Source: Chiloscyllium plagiosum (lineage: Eukaryota). Taken from it: a stretch of DNA of 64,000 nucleotides. Position numbers and translations under genes: made by a program. Shown piece after piece: positions 22,491 to 34,410 of the stretch (its first letter is position 1; every line of letters begins with the position of its first letter). The DNA lies in contig NC_057717.1 of the NCBI RefSeq assembly GCF_004010195.1, positions 40,850,984-40,914,983 of the forward strand, in the 5' to 3' direction. The notes beneath the pieces are model-generated. The model saw only the letters and a list, made by a program, of their open reading frames with translations, was not told the DNA's origin and did no database searches.

Positions 22491-23799
22491 GTCGTAAATG
22501 TTGCTTCCACTTCAGAGATTCCCTCATCTCCCGAATAATCATCTGCCTTCCCCAAAAACATTGGCTCTCAAATTCTGTACGGTTAATATTAGTGGTGGTA
22601 TAATTGGATTGTTTTGTTAATGATTACCAGCGCATTCATCCGGTGACAGTCGAAACAGCACTTCTAACCTCCTATCTTAAGGAGGCCTATACTTGTATTG
22701 GGAGCAATTCAAATGTGGCTGAGAGGGATGAAAGGATTACCAAATGAGGAAAAATTAGGTTTTCATTTATTGGCGTTTAGGTAAGTGTATGTACATCTCA
22801 TAAAAACAGGATTCATAATTAGATGGGACTCGATATGTTAGCCGCTGAGAGGAATGCTTTCTCTTGTGCGGGAATCTTAAACAAGTAAACTCTGTTTTCG
22901 AATTGAGCATGGGTTTCTGACAGAGATGAGAAACATTTAACTAAAAGGATTTTATGTGATACAAGGCTGGGATACTGAAAATATTCAAGGCTCAGGAACA
23001 GATTTTTCATTAAAAGGGATAGTTAATGAATTTAGTAATAAAGGTATCAGATGATGATGCATGGTCGATAGCCCGAGTGATCCAATAACTCTCCCATTAC
23101 TCTTGTACTGACATCGTTACAACAAATACACACTGATTTCCAGTATCGTCTGAAAATTTATTATTCATGTCCCTATATTTCATCTGTATCACGGATATGA
23201 TTCAGGACCGAAGAACCCAGGAATGAGCCCAGTCTAACGTCACTCGATACAATAATCATGTCACTTTGAAAAAAAAATTAATTGACATCGAGTGAATTTT
23301 AGATGGAAGTTGAAATGTCAGGGCGGAGTTTAAGAGCTTTACTTGTATGGCCAGTGAACCCTGTCGGATTTTGTAGACCATTTTGTAAATTTTCTACTTG
23401 AGAATAAGATCGTGAATGAAGGGCCATGATCACAAATAGTTCCTCATAAATACAGTTGGGAAACAAAGATAAATGCCATTATTTTGTATGGCTGGTGTTT
23501 GGAGCTCATCATAACCAGAAATGTTTCAAATATTAACCTGAGATAATTTCAAAAGCAACTAACACAATTAAGGTTCGGGAAAAGCAAATGGAATGAGATG
23601 GGAAAAGGCGGAGTTGATGACAACGGAAAGTGGGAGATAAGCTGAAGACAGGGTGTGAGTGTAAATGTGTAAAGGGCTGAGCGCAGATACGCACAGAGAA
23701 CAAGCACTGTTTCGAAAACGGGACAGATGAGATGAACAACAGAGAGAACGATTCACATTAGTTATCCACCTCATTATACCACAAACTGTTCATTTTGTT

Positions 23800-24295
23800 A
23801 AGAAGCAGCAGCAGGCAGAGCGGATACGTCGACCAGTTGGCTGACGGGAAGGTAAATCATTTTTAAACCAAAATCGGCCCTTGTGCGTCAAGACCATCCA
23901 TGTTTGTTTCAGCACCTGCAAGAGCGGGAGCACCGTTCATGGAGCTGACGTGGAGATGACTGACTAATTTAAAAAAAAACTTACCACAATATTAGGCGGA
24001 GTGCATGCAAAGCAGGAATGGACCCGGGACTCCTGAGTAAGAGAATTGATTTTTTGGAAGTTTGCGTTATCTAAAACACTACTTTGGTTGTGTCTCCCTC
24101 CCATCCTCATCCTGAAACAAAAGAAAACTTTGTGCATCGGATTGGTAAGCATTTTTTAATCTTTATTTTTCTGCAGTCCCTTTGGAATTTAGAATATGGG
24201 AATGACGGTTAGGGCATTTGAATGTTCTTCTTGCAGAACATAGGAAGTAAAGGTCACCACGAGTGTCCTTGCTGACTTCGTCTGCAGGATGGGTC
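23800..24295 (+). mobile_element. CR1 LINE 5' UTR and start of ORF1 (zinc-finger N-terminus), truncated
   Basis: atgggaatgacggttagggcatttgaatgttcttcttgcaga... reads MGMTVRAFECSSCRT*EVKVTTSVLADFVCRM, like the CxxC...CxxC start of CR1 ORF1. Confidence 0.6.
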
Positions 24296-24319
24296 TAACT
24301 CGAGGTCATCGAAAACAGA

Positions 24320-25260
24320 GAGACAATTCTCAGATAGTACTGAGGTATTGCAGCTCGATCAGAGGATCAGTACTGAGGCTTTGCAGCACTGCCAAATGAT
24401 CAGAAATGTGGTAATTAATTATTATCAGAGAGTCAATTCTCAGGCAATGCCTCTTTCTAACAGTGTTACTTTGAAGAAGTAATATATAATTAAAACCTCA
24501 TCTGTCAGCTATACCAAATATCTGAGACAGTCCGATTGAAGGATTGTCTCATTTTTGAACGTCAATACTGAACCAGTGTCCCTTATTCCGAGCTACTGCA
24601 GCTCTGTGAGGGGCCAGAACTGAGCACGTGCTGCACTTTCCAAATTTCAGTCCTGAGGGGGATATTCATTTCAGATGTTCAGTTCTGAGGCAGTGCCTGT
24701 TAGCCAGAGGAGTAATATTCATTCAGTGTCTGATTGTAACGGGTCACATTCAACGATCTTCCACACACTCAGGGTCAGTTCTGAATAAGTGCACTTTGTG
24801 AGAGTGTCAGCACTGAGGGGGGGATTTTACTGTGAACGTTTCAGCACTAAGAGCGAGCCTCATGATCGGAAAGTCAATAATGAGTGATGCCTGATGTCGG
24901 CAACTCACTTCTGAGGAAATACCCCGTTGCAGGATGGCCTGTCCGCTCTGAGTCCCTCAAAATCAGGGACACAGTACTAAGGGAGGCTCTAATTATTACT
25001 GGGTCATTCGTGAGGGAGTGCCACACAATTGGACAGTCAGCCAGAGAATTTTTGCATGCCAATGGGTCAAGTTCAGATACAGTGCATAATTGTCAGAGGT
25101 ATCTATAATCATTCTGACCCTCTGACAGTGCTGTACTATCTCAGTACTGTCCATCTCATGGTGTGGCACTCCCTCAATTCAGACCATCTCACCATGAAGC
25201 ACTGCCTCAGTGTTGGTCATCTAGCAATGATGATTTTTCTCAGTAATACAGTCTGCCGAA
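24320..25260. repeat. Degenerate ~33-bp tandem repeat (gtcagtactgagggagtgc.gcactgtcagag-like) with an orientation switch near 25100
   Basis: tcagtactgagg motifs on + to about 25095, then ctctgacagtgc...ctcagtactg (reverse complement). Confidence 0.7.
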
Positions 25261-26189
25261 AATGCCCTCTCACAAAGATAAACGTCTGACATTCCTGATT
25301 GTCAATTGGTGTACAGCACCCATGAATGGGAGAATTGGGCCGGGGCATCAGGATATAGGAGATTGATGCACATTGCCAAGATAGTAAGAGCACTGGAGAA
25401 GATCACTATTAAGTGGTAGACAAAGTTCATGGGCATTAATAAACAGGACATTTGCTGCAACGGGTCAGTTAATGGGAAATTTGTTGCATGTCACCAACGA
25501 TTAGAGAATTGTTTCAGAGAAGCATTAAATGGAAGAATTGCTGCACCAGTAATTGAACTAATTATTGGAGTGCACAAGAAATGTGATGAATTCTTTCAGC
25601 AGGAGAATCATTGCAGGGAACTACGAAATGGAAACATTGGGCTATGGTATATCTAAAGGAAAGGATGTGAAGAAGGACATCAGATAATGTGAGAAATGGG
25701 ATAGGGCATCAGTCAATGGGAAAATTATGGCAGAATATCTGTACTGTAATTGTTTGAGTGGGTACATGGAATAATATCTCTCTGTACTCTCTCTTCCTTT
25801 CTCTCTCTGTCCCTCCCTCTCTCTCTGTCCATTCCTCACATTCTCTCTCTCTTTGACTGTCCCCTCTCTGTGAGTCTACATACAGAATCCCACAAGCAGC
25901 AATGTTAAAATGGGCACTCGTTGATAGGAGTTAAATCAAATCCTGACAATCGACTTGAGGCGGGTTGGGACGTGGTCAGACCTGGATGCTTCATCCTTTT
26001 GAAGTGATGAGCACCTCTATATCCCTCAACCACAACCTGAACATTTCGACGCCCACACCTCGCATCCAATACCCTAAGATATGAACGAGTCCAACTCCCT
26101 GTCAATCTGAACAATTCCCTCCTTTCACCCTCATAACCTTATACACAGACCCACAGGAGCCAGGAGGACGGAATGAGTTTTGGACTGTG

Positions 26190-28085
26190 GGATGTTGGAT
26201 GAGTTGGAATTCATCCTGCCTCACGAAGCTTACTGTGTTCCCTGACGATGTGACAAAACACATTAATAATTGTGGAGCAGTGGATGTGAGGTGCATGATT
26301 TCAGCAGGGAATTTGATGAGTGAGTTTTGCCGTGGTAGGCGCATACAAACAGTAAAGAATTATGGGATGCAGGGCAATTTCCTGTCTGGGGGCAGAATTG
26401 CCTGGTCCATAGCCGTCAGAGAGTGGTAGTGGAACCCAAGACGCGCGGCTTTCTGCAAGGCTTTGTTATGGGACCTGAGCTCTTTGTGATTTTTATGATT
26501 GATTTGGATGAGGAAGTGGAAGTTTGTGATAATCGGTTTGCCAATCAAACAAAGCTTAATAGTATTTTGGGTAGTGTTGCTGAAGGTTGCAATGCGATAT
26601 TGACAGGATGCAGAACTGGACTGTTAAGTGGAAGATGGATTTCAACCGGGGAAAGTTAAAAGTGAACCATCATTAAAAAATTGGAATTTGATTACAGAAT
26701 GCAGTTTTAAATGTTGGTTTCTTGACAGTGTGGAGGAACAGAGAGATCTTGGGGCCCACTTCCACAGATCCCTCAAAGGTGTCAACCAGGTTGATAGGGT
26801 TGAGCTGCAAGATTATGCTGCAGCTCTATAAATCCCTGGTGAGACCATGCTTGGAATATTGTGTTCAGTCCTGCTTACATCATTACAGAAAGAACGTGGA
26901 AGCTTTAGAGAGGATGCAGAGAGGATTTGCTGAGTGCGAACTGTACTGGAAGGCACATCTTCTTAAGAATTTTTATGGCATCTAAGGCTTTCCTCATTGG
27001 GTAGTAGATGGATTAGAGGTGACTTCATAGAGATGCATAGGTTGATGATAGACAGAGATAGAGTGGATAGCCAGACACTTTTCCCCAGGGCAGAAATGGC
27101 GATACCAAGCGGGCATAATTTTAAAGTAATTGGCGTAAGACTGGGGGAGATGCCAGAGGTAGGTTGTTTGGAGAGGGAACTTTAGGTACGTGAAATGCAA
27201 CGCCTTTGGTGGTGATCATGGAGTCATAGAGTCATGGAGATGTACAGCATGGAAACAGACACTTCGGTACAAACCATCCATCCTGACCATATATACCAAC
27301 CCAATCTAGTCCCACCTGCCATCACCCGGGCCATATCCCTCCAAGCCCTTCCTACACAGATAAGCATCCAAATGTCTTTGAAATGTTGCAATTGTATTAG
27401 CCTCCACCACTTCCTCTGGCAGCTCATTCCATACACGTACCACCCTCTGTGTGAAAAAGCTGCCCTTCTTTTATATCATTCCCCTCTCAAACTAAACCCT
27501 CTAGTTCGGGACTAACTGACCCCAGGGAAAATAGGTTGCATATTTACCCTATCCATGCCCCTCATAATTTTGTAAAACCCAGGTAAGGTCACTCCTCGGC
27601 CTCCAACACTCCAGGGAAAACAGCCCCAGCCTTTTCAGCCTCTTGCTATAGCTCAAACTCTCCAAACCTAGGAAAATCCCTATATATCTTTTCTCAATCC
27701 TTTCAAGTTTCACAACATTTTTCCGATAGGATGAAGACCAGAATTGCACGCAGTATTCCAACAGTGGCCGTAGCGAATGTCCTGTCCAACAGCAATATGA
27801 CCAATGAAGGAAAGTATACCAAGCGTCTTCTTCACGAACCTATCTACCTGCGGCTCCACTTGCAAGGAGTTATGAAGCTGCACTCCAAGGTCTGTTTGTT
27901 CAGCAACACTCCCTAAATCGAGACAGATACATCCGGGACATTTAAGCGACTGTTGTGTAGGCACATGGAAGATAGTAAAATGAAGGTTATGTAGATTAGT
28001 TAGATTTTAGATTAGGATAAAATGTCGGCAAAACATTAAAGACCGAGTGGATTGTACTTTGCTGTGCTGTTCTAAATTCTATGTA
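26190..28085 (+). mobile_element. CR1 LINE RT/3' fragment (paralogue of 14960-16190) split by a nested insertion
   Basis: LVRPCLEYCVQSC...LERMQR. Resumes at 27915 with tcgagacagatacat. Confidence 0.85.
27217..27914 (-). mobile_element. Nested CR1 3' fragment
   Basis: Minus strand EYCVQFWSSSYRKNVVKLERIEKR...LGLFSLE. Tail catggagtcatagagtcatggag. Absent from copy 1. Confidence 0.85.
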
Positions 28086-28719
28086 TGGAGATAACCACCG
28101 TCCGCATTCCAACGATGACAGGTCGTAGCGTGGACCATTGATGCACAGTGCGATTCCACAGGATAGTCCCTTCGTGCAGCATGATGTAATCAAACTCCAC
28201 TTTATATCCAACATGAGGCTTTGGTTTTAATTCGAATTTATTTGAAGAATATCACCTCGTCTCTTCAATGATCTGTTTTTGATGATGTAACTTTGTCAAA
28301 GGAAGTGATTGGAATTGGGCCGAGATCGGATATTTCACATCCCAGTTCTCTCCCCAGACCCTACACCAGCTCCTGTCTCCATTTCCCTGCCCAGCTACAA
28401 AGAACCATTTTCTACTTCGATCGCGCTGCATTCCAAAACACACTCTCTCTTTTTGTCTGCATCTTTTGTGTTTTTAACCAGATTCTCCAATAAACAGTAA
28501 GCTTCTGCTGTCAAATATGTTTATCACCACCCACTTCAAATAACCACGAGTGACATTGCAGTGTTTGAAATAGATTTAGTGGTTCAAAAACCAATGAAAG
28601 AGAGCTCGAGAGCATTCCAGAGAAGGGACAGAGAAAGATAGAGGAATGGAGGGAGATGAATAGGGGTGGGGGTAGGGGTGGGGGGTGGAGAGAGAGGGGG
28701 AGAGCGAAAGATAGAGATA

Positions 28720-30715
28720 GATTCGTGAACCGTGGATGACAGGAGAAATTGTATGACTATCCAAAAGGAAAAGGGAAACGTACATAAGGTCGAAGCAGCT
28801 AAGAAGAGAACGGGCCCTGTGAGAATATCGGAAGAATAAGACAAGTCTTAAAGGATGATTAAAGAGGGCTAAAAGGGGTCATGAAATAGCTTTAGCGAGC
28901 AAAATTAAGGAGAATCCCAAAGCATTTTATTTTTTATAAAAGAAGCAATAGGGTAACTAGAGAAAGGATTGGTGCATTAAAAAGATGACGAAGGAAGGCT
29001 GTGTGTGGAAGCTGAGAGAATGGGTGAGCTTCTGAATGATTACTTTGCATCAATGTTCACTGAGGAGAGGAATAGGATGAATGTTGAGATTAGAGATAGA
29101 AGTTTGATTAGTCTCGATCACGTTGACATAAGTAGGGAAGATGTGTTGGGTCGGCTAGAGGTGATGAAAGTGGACAAATCCCCAGGACTCGATGGGATGT
29201 ATCGCAGGTTGCTGAGGGAGGCGAGAGATGAGATAGCTGGGTCCCTGAAATATCTTTGTGGCATCCTTAAATGCAGGCTAGGTGCCGGAGGATTGGAGGG
29301 TTGCTCATGTTGTCTCCCTGTACACGAAGGGTGGTAGGGATATTCCGGGTAACTACAGACCAGTGAGCCTGGCGTCCATGGTGGGAACGTTTCTGGAGAA
29401 GATACTGAGGGATAGGATCTTTATCAGTGATAGGCAACATGGTTTTGTGCGGGGAAGATCATGCCTTACCAACTTAACAGAGTTCTTCGAGGAATTGAGA
29501 AAGTTGATAGATGAACAAAGGGCTGTTGATGTCATATACATGGACTTTAGTACGGCGTTTGATAAGGTTCCCCATGCGATAGACGAATGGAGAAATTGAA
29601 GTCATATTATATGCAGGGTGTTCCAGCTATGTAGATAAAGAAATGGTTGAGTAAGCGGAGACAGAGAGTCGTAGTTGAAGGGATCTTCTCGAAACGGAGA
29701 AAGGTGACCAGTGGTGTTCCACGGGTTACAAACAACACTGTTGTTTGTAATATGCATAAATGATCTGGAAGCGGGCACTGTTGGTATGATGAGGATGTTT
29801 GCAGATGACACGAAAATTGGTGGAGGAGCAGAAAGCATAAGAGATCGTCAAAGAACACGGGAGGGTATAGACAGACATCAGAGTTGGGTGGAAATGTGGC
29901 AGATGGTTTTCAATCCAGACAAATGAGAGGTGATGCATTTAGGCAAGACTAATTCTAGAGTGAACTACACAATGAACGGAAGAGCCTTGCGAAACGTTAA
30001 TGAGCAGAAAGATCTGTGAGTGCAGGTCCATTGTACCCTGAAGGGTGCTGCACAGGTGGATTGAGTGGTCAAGAAGGCATACAGTATGCTTGCCTTCATT
30101 GGACGTGATATTGAGTATAAGAGCTGGCAAGTCATGTTAACATTGTACACAACGTTGGTTCGGCCGCATTTTGAATACTGTGTACAGTTCTGGTCGCCAC
30201 ATTTCCAAAAGGATGTGGAGTCTTTGGAGAGTGTGCAGAGACAGTTTTCGAGAATGTTTTCTGGTATGGAATCTGCTAGCTATAAAGAAAGGTTCAGTAG
30301 GGTAGGTTTATTTTCATTAGGAAAAAGAGATTGAGGGAGAACATGATTGAGGTTTATAAAATCATGAAGGGTATAGACAGGGTGGATAGAGACAACCTTT
30401 TTCCCAGGGTGAAGGATTCAATTATGAGAGGTCACGCTTTCAAGGTGAGAGGTGGGAAGTTTAACGGGGATACACAAGGCAAGTACTTTACACATAGGAT
30501 GGTGGGCGTTTGGAACGCGTTTCCAGCAAAAGTGGTAGAGGCAGGCACGGTAGATTCATTTAACATGCATCTGGATAAGTGCATGTGTCGGTGGGGAGTA
30601 GAGGGGTACAGATGCTTAGGAATTGACAGACAGGTTTAGGAAGTACATTTGGATCAGCTCAGGCTTGGAGGGCTGAAGGGCAGTTCCAGGGCTGTAAATT
30701 TCTTTGTTCTTTGTT
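28720..30715 (+). mobile_element. CR1 LINE ORF2 3' portion (RT domain), 5'-truncated, comparatively well preserved
   Basis: KSPGLDG, PEDWRVAHV, PGNYRPVSL, QHGFVRGRSCLTNL, VDVIYMDFSTAFDKVPH, FADDTKI and LVRPHFEYCVQFWSP. Ends ttctttgttctttgttc. Confidence 0.95.
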
Positions 30716-31729
30716 CCTTGAGAAGGGAGATGGACAGAGAGAGCGAGAGAGAGAGAGAGAAAGAGAGAGACAGAGAGGTGCAAAGGACCCCCTCCAGACA
30801 TTCACGGAATTGAAATGGGTAACCTGTGTCTAACTTATCCAATCATCATGTTCCACCACCCTAGCTGATAAACAACTCACAAATTATATGAGATTAGAAC
30901 AAATCTTTGGAGAGTTTTATTATTAAAGGTTTGAATGCCCCCCTCGGCGACTCCTGTGGTAGGACACTCACTGGAGGTTGATGTATTTTGTCAAATCCCA
31001 AGTATCCCGTTGATTGGGGTCAAACCTAATATAAATGCGACCGGGCCACAATCAGTCAGGAGTCAGTTAAAGTAAGGCCCCGAAACGCAGAATCTCACAG
31101 AGGAGATTAAACCTTGGGATAAATAAACACACAACTCGCATGAGCTCACATGTGGTGCAGCGTGTTGACAAGGCCTCAAGGCTCAAGACCTTTCTCCCCC
31201 TCTGAAGATTGTTCTTGTCCAAGGCTTTCCTCGCTCATATCATTTTGGATGTTCCCGTTGCAGCTTCCCCTACACATGTTGCTCTGGATAAATTAGAGAA
31301 AAGAATAGTTGAAAAGGGGACCGAGAGCATGTTGAAGGAAAATTAGACAACGAAATAATGCATTTAAATTCACCCACCTCCCCATCAACAATGTCGTGTA
31401 TGACATCACAACAACATTGAAATATAATGAAAACATAAGAGATCACTTAACCAGAGGCTTGAAAAATGTTGAACCTCTAAATATAGACAGAGTTAGAACA
31501 GAGTTTGAGATAAACTTGACAGTTTCTTTTCCAGGTTTATTCTCAATGAAGCGTAATTGATTCCACCTCTGCAATCTCAGTCACTGCCTTTCAGTTTGAT
31601 CCCTTTTGAGACGTTTATGCTCGTGTGATGATATTTCTTGGGACAGGAGACTTTTTGGATTCTCCTGGTCATTGAGATGTTAATTCCCAAGATATTGTGT
31701 CGCCTGAGTTGAACTGGGGTGAACAATCT

Positions 31730-32180
31730 TAACATTACACAGCACCAGGTAATAGTTCAATAGGTTTGTTTGGAAGCACTAGCTTTCAGACCGCTGCTCC
31801 TTCATCAGCTAACATGTTGATCAGGATGATAAGACATCGCATTTGGAACAACAGATTACAGTGTCATACAACTGAAATGATATACTGAACAACCCCATGC
31901 TGCTGATATGTGTTCCATCTTTTCGAATAGGTTGCAGGTTTCAGTTCAATAATATCTAAATCCCCAAAATTATTTTAAGTCATACTTTCGAGAGAATACA
32001 TTAAAGGTGTAAGATTAGTGTCTGTGTGTCACTCAATCTTGAGACAGTATGGTTCTATTTCCAAATTAAGTATTCATAATATCTTACATTGATGGTCTGT
32101 CTGCATTGACTGCCTCTCTATTCGGTGTTTTTGACCAAAATGAGATGTGTCTGTACGCATTATTCTGCACATGGACGTTC
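31730..32180 (-). mobile_element. Penelope-like repeat with hammerhead core (31777-31808), paralogue of 17712-18200
   Basis: Minus strand CTGATGA-A-GGAGC agc GGTCT-GAAA-GC-TA-GTG. Confidence 0.65.
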
Positions 32181-32389
32181 AATCAAGAGAGTTCGATGTA
32201 TGCCTGTGAGTGGGGGAGTGTGAGTTACGTGTTTGTTTGCAGGTGTGCATGCTTGGCAGAGCATGTGCATGTGTATCACACTGTGTGAACCCGTTTGCGA
32301 GAGTGTACGTGGTGTATAATGTCACTGGATACTATGTCTTTGAGGGAGATCGTGTGTGTGTGAAAGAGAGTATATAGTGTAGAGGTCTC

Positions 32390-32396
32390 GGAAATA

Positions 32397-32432
<36 letters not shown>

Positions 32433-33180
32433 AGAGAAAGAAAGAAGAGAAAGAAAGAAGAGAAAGAAAGAAGNNNNNNNNNNNNNNNNNNNNNNNNNNN
32501 NNNNNNNNNNNNNNNNNNNNNNNNNNNNNNNNNNNNNNNNNNNNNNNNNNNNNNNNNNNNNNNNNNNNNNNNNNNNNNNNNNNNNNNNNNNNNNNNNNNN
32601 NNNNNNNNNNNNNNNNNNNNNNNNNNNNNNNNNNNNNNNNNNNNNNNNNNNNNNNNNNNNNNNNNNNNNNNNNNNNNNNNNNNNNNNNNNNNNNNNNNNN
32701 NNNNNNNNNNNNNNNNNNNNNNNNNNNNNNNNNNNNNNNNNNNNNNNNNNNNNNNNNNNNNNNNNNNNNNNNNNNNNNNNNNNNNNNNNNNNNNNNNNNN
32801 NNNNNNNNNNNNNNNNNNNNNNNNNNNNNNNNNNNNNNNNNNNNNNNNNNNNNNNNNNNNNNNNNNNNNNNNNNNNNNNNNNNNNNNNNNNNNNNNNNNN
32901 NNNNNNNNNNNNNNNNNNNNNNNNNNNNNNNNNNNNNAAGAAAGGAAGGAAGAAAGAAAGGAGGAAGAAATGAACAAAAGGAATAAAGAAAGCAAGAAAG
33001 AATGAAAGAAGGACAGCAAGCAAGAATGAAAAAGGCAGACTGTGAACAGACAGAAACTGAGGAAGTTGCAAAGATGGGAGACGCATGGATAGAGAGACAG
33101 ACGAGGAGAGAAACGAGATAGAGGGGGACACAGGGAGAGAGAGGGCGAGAAGGAGAGAAAGACAGAAAGAAAGAAAGAAA
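32390..33180 (+). repeat. (GAAA)n/(GA)n microsatellite spanning assembly gap 32474-32937
   Basis: Near-perfect gaaa repeats flank the N run. Confidence 0.9.
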
Positions 33181-33984
33181 TGTATAATCAGAGGGTATAC
33201 AAATCACATTTTGACACTGAGCCACTTGCGGTAATGTTGGCCACACTGCACGAATTTTACACACAACGAGATCCCAAAGCAGAACTGTGATTGTAGACGG
33301 ATTGTGTATATCGCTGATGCTCGTTAATGGTTCAGTCCTGGCTGCAGGATGAAAACGAGTTGCCAATCCTGCTATCTGGCAAATTCAAAACACTTAACCT
33401 TTTCTCCTATATGCATCTCCCTCTATCTCCCTATCTCCATTTAAACTCTTTGTATCTTTCTCTGTCAGATTGAATTTAGCACATTTGAATCTTTATCACG
33501 CCTTTCTAAAATAATATGGCGTTGATAGTTGACAGTATTTTGCTTTATAAACTGGGATACTATTTTCCAGCAACGCATGTATCAGCAATACCGCAGGCCA
33601 TTGATGCATATTCAAATCCCCAATGTCGTCCCTTCCTGCTCCAAAATGTGAAGAAATCAAACATCGTGATTGGCCAAAAAGGCTGTGGGTTTCCTTGGAT
33701 TCCGATTTTTTCGAAAAGAAATCATCAGCTGCGTTCCAGGATTTCATTTTGGATAATGTACTTTTGAACTTAAGTTTAGTTATTGAAGCTGAGCTGCGAT
33801 TCGGTATTAGAGACTCCCAGTTTTCAATCCCAGCACTCCGCATATCCGAGCTCCCTTGATTAATCCACCTGAAAACACATATTTTATCGCTCGATTGCTC
33901 TCTCCATCCTACGCACACACACAATCTCTGTATCTGCATCTTTGCTTCTTTCAAAAAGCACATTGTGCTGCTTTCTATTTCTGT

Positions 33985-34410
33985 CACGTCGGTTGGAGGA
34001 AGAGCGCTTCATCTTCCGCCTAGGAACCCTCCAACCACAAGGGATGAACTCAGATTTCTCCAGTTTCCTCATTTCCCCTCCCCCACCTTGTCTCAGTCAA
34101 ATCCCTCGAACTCAGGACCGCATTCCTAACCTGCAATCTTCTTCCTGACCTCTCCGCCCCCACCCCACTCCGGCCTATCACCCTCACCTTGACCTCCTTC
34201 CACCTATCGCATTTCCAACGCCCCTCCCCAAATCCCTCCTCCCTACCTTTTATCTTAGCCTGCTGGACACACTTTCCTCATTCCTGAAGAAGGTCTTATG
34301 CCCGAAACGTCGATTCTCCTGTTCCTTGGATGCTACGTGACCTGCTGCGCTTTTCCAGCAACACATTTTCAGCTCTGATCTCCAGCATCTGCAGTTCTCA
34401 CTTTCTCCTC
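33985..34410 (+). mobile_element. Penelope-like element 3' end: GIY-YIG endonuclease C-terminus plus pLTR
   Basis: RRLEEERFIFRLGTLQPQGMNSDFSSF matches the PLE C-terminal E..(W/F)I..L.TL.P.G(L/M)N motif. A hammerhead core follows. Confidence 0.85.
34282..34313 (+). ncRNA. Minimal type I hammerhead ribozyme motif
   Basis: TC-CTGAAGA-A-GGTC TTAT GCCC-GAAA-C-GTC-GA. Core nucleotides intact, ACGT palindrome in place of stem III, predicted cleavage after C34311. Confidence 0.7.

Larger units (their letters stand above)
19531..33180 (+). repeat. Tandem segmental duplication, copy 2 (longer, with extra CR1 insertions)
   Basis: Colinear with copy 1 and ending in the paralogous (GAAA)n tract around gap 32474-32937. 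Confidence 0.85.

Noticed and set aside
26004-26041. C/D-box snoRNA-like GTGATGA...CTGA
   Set aside because: The boxes are too close together and there is no convincing terminal stem.
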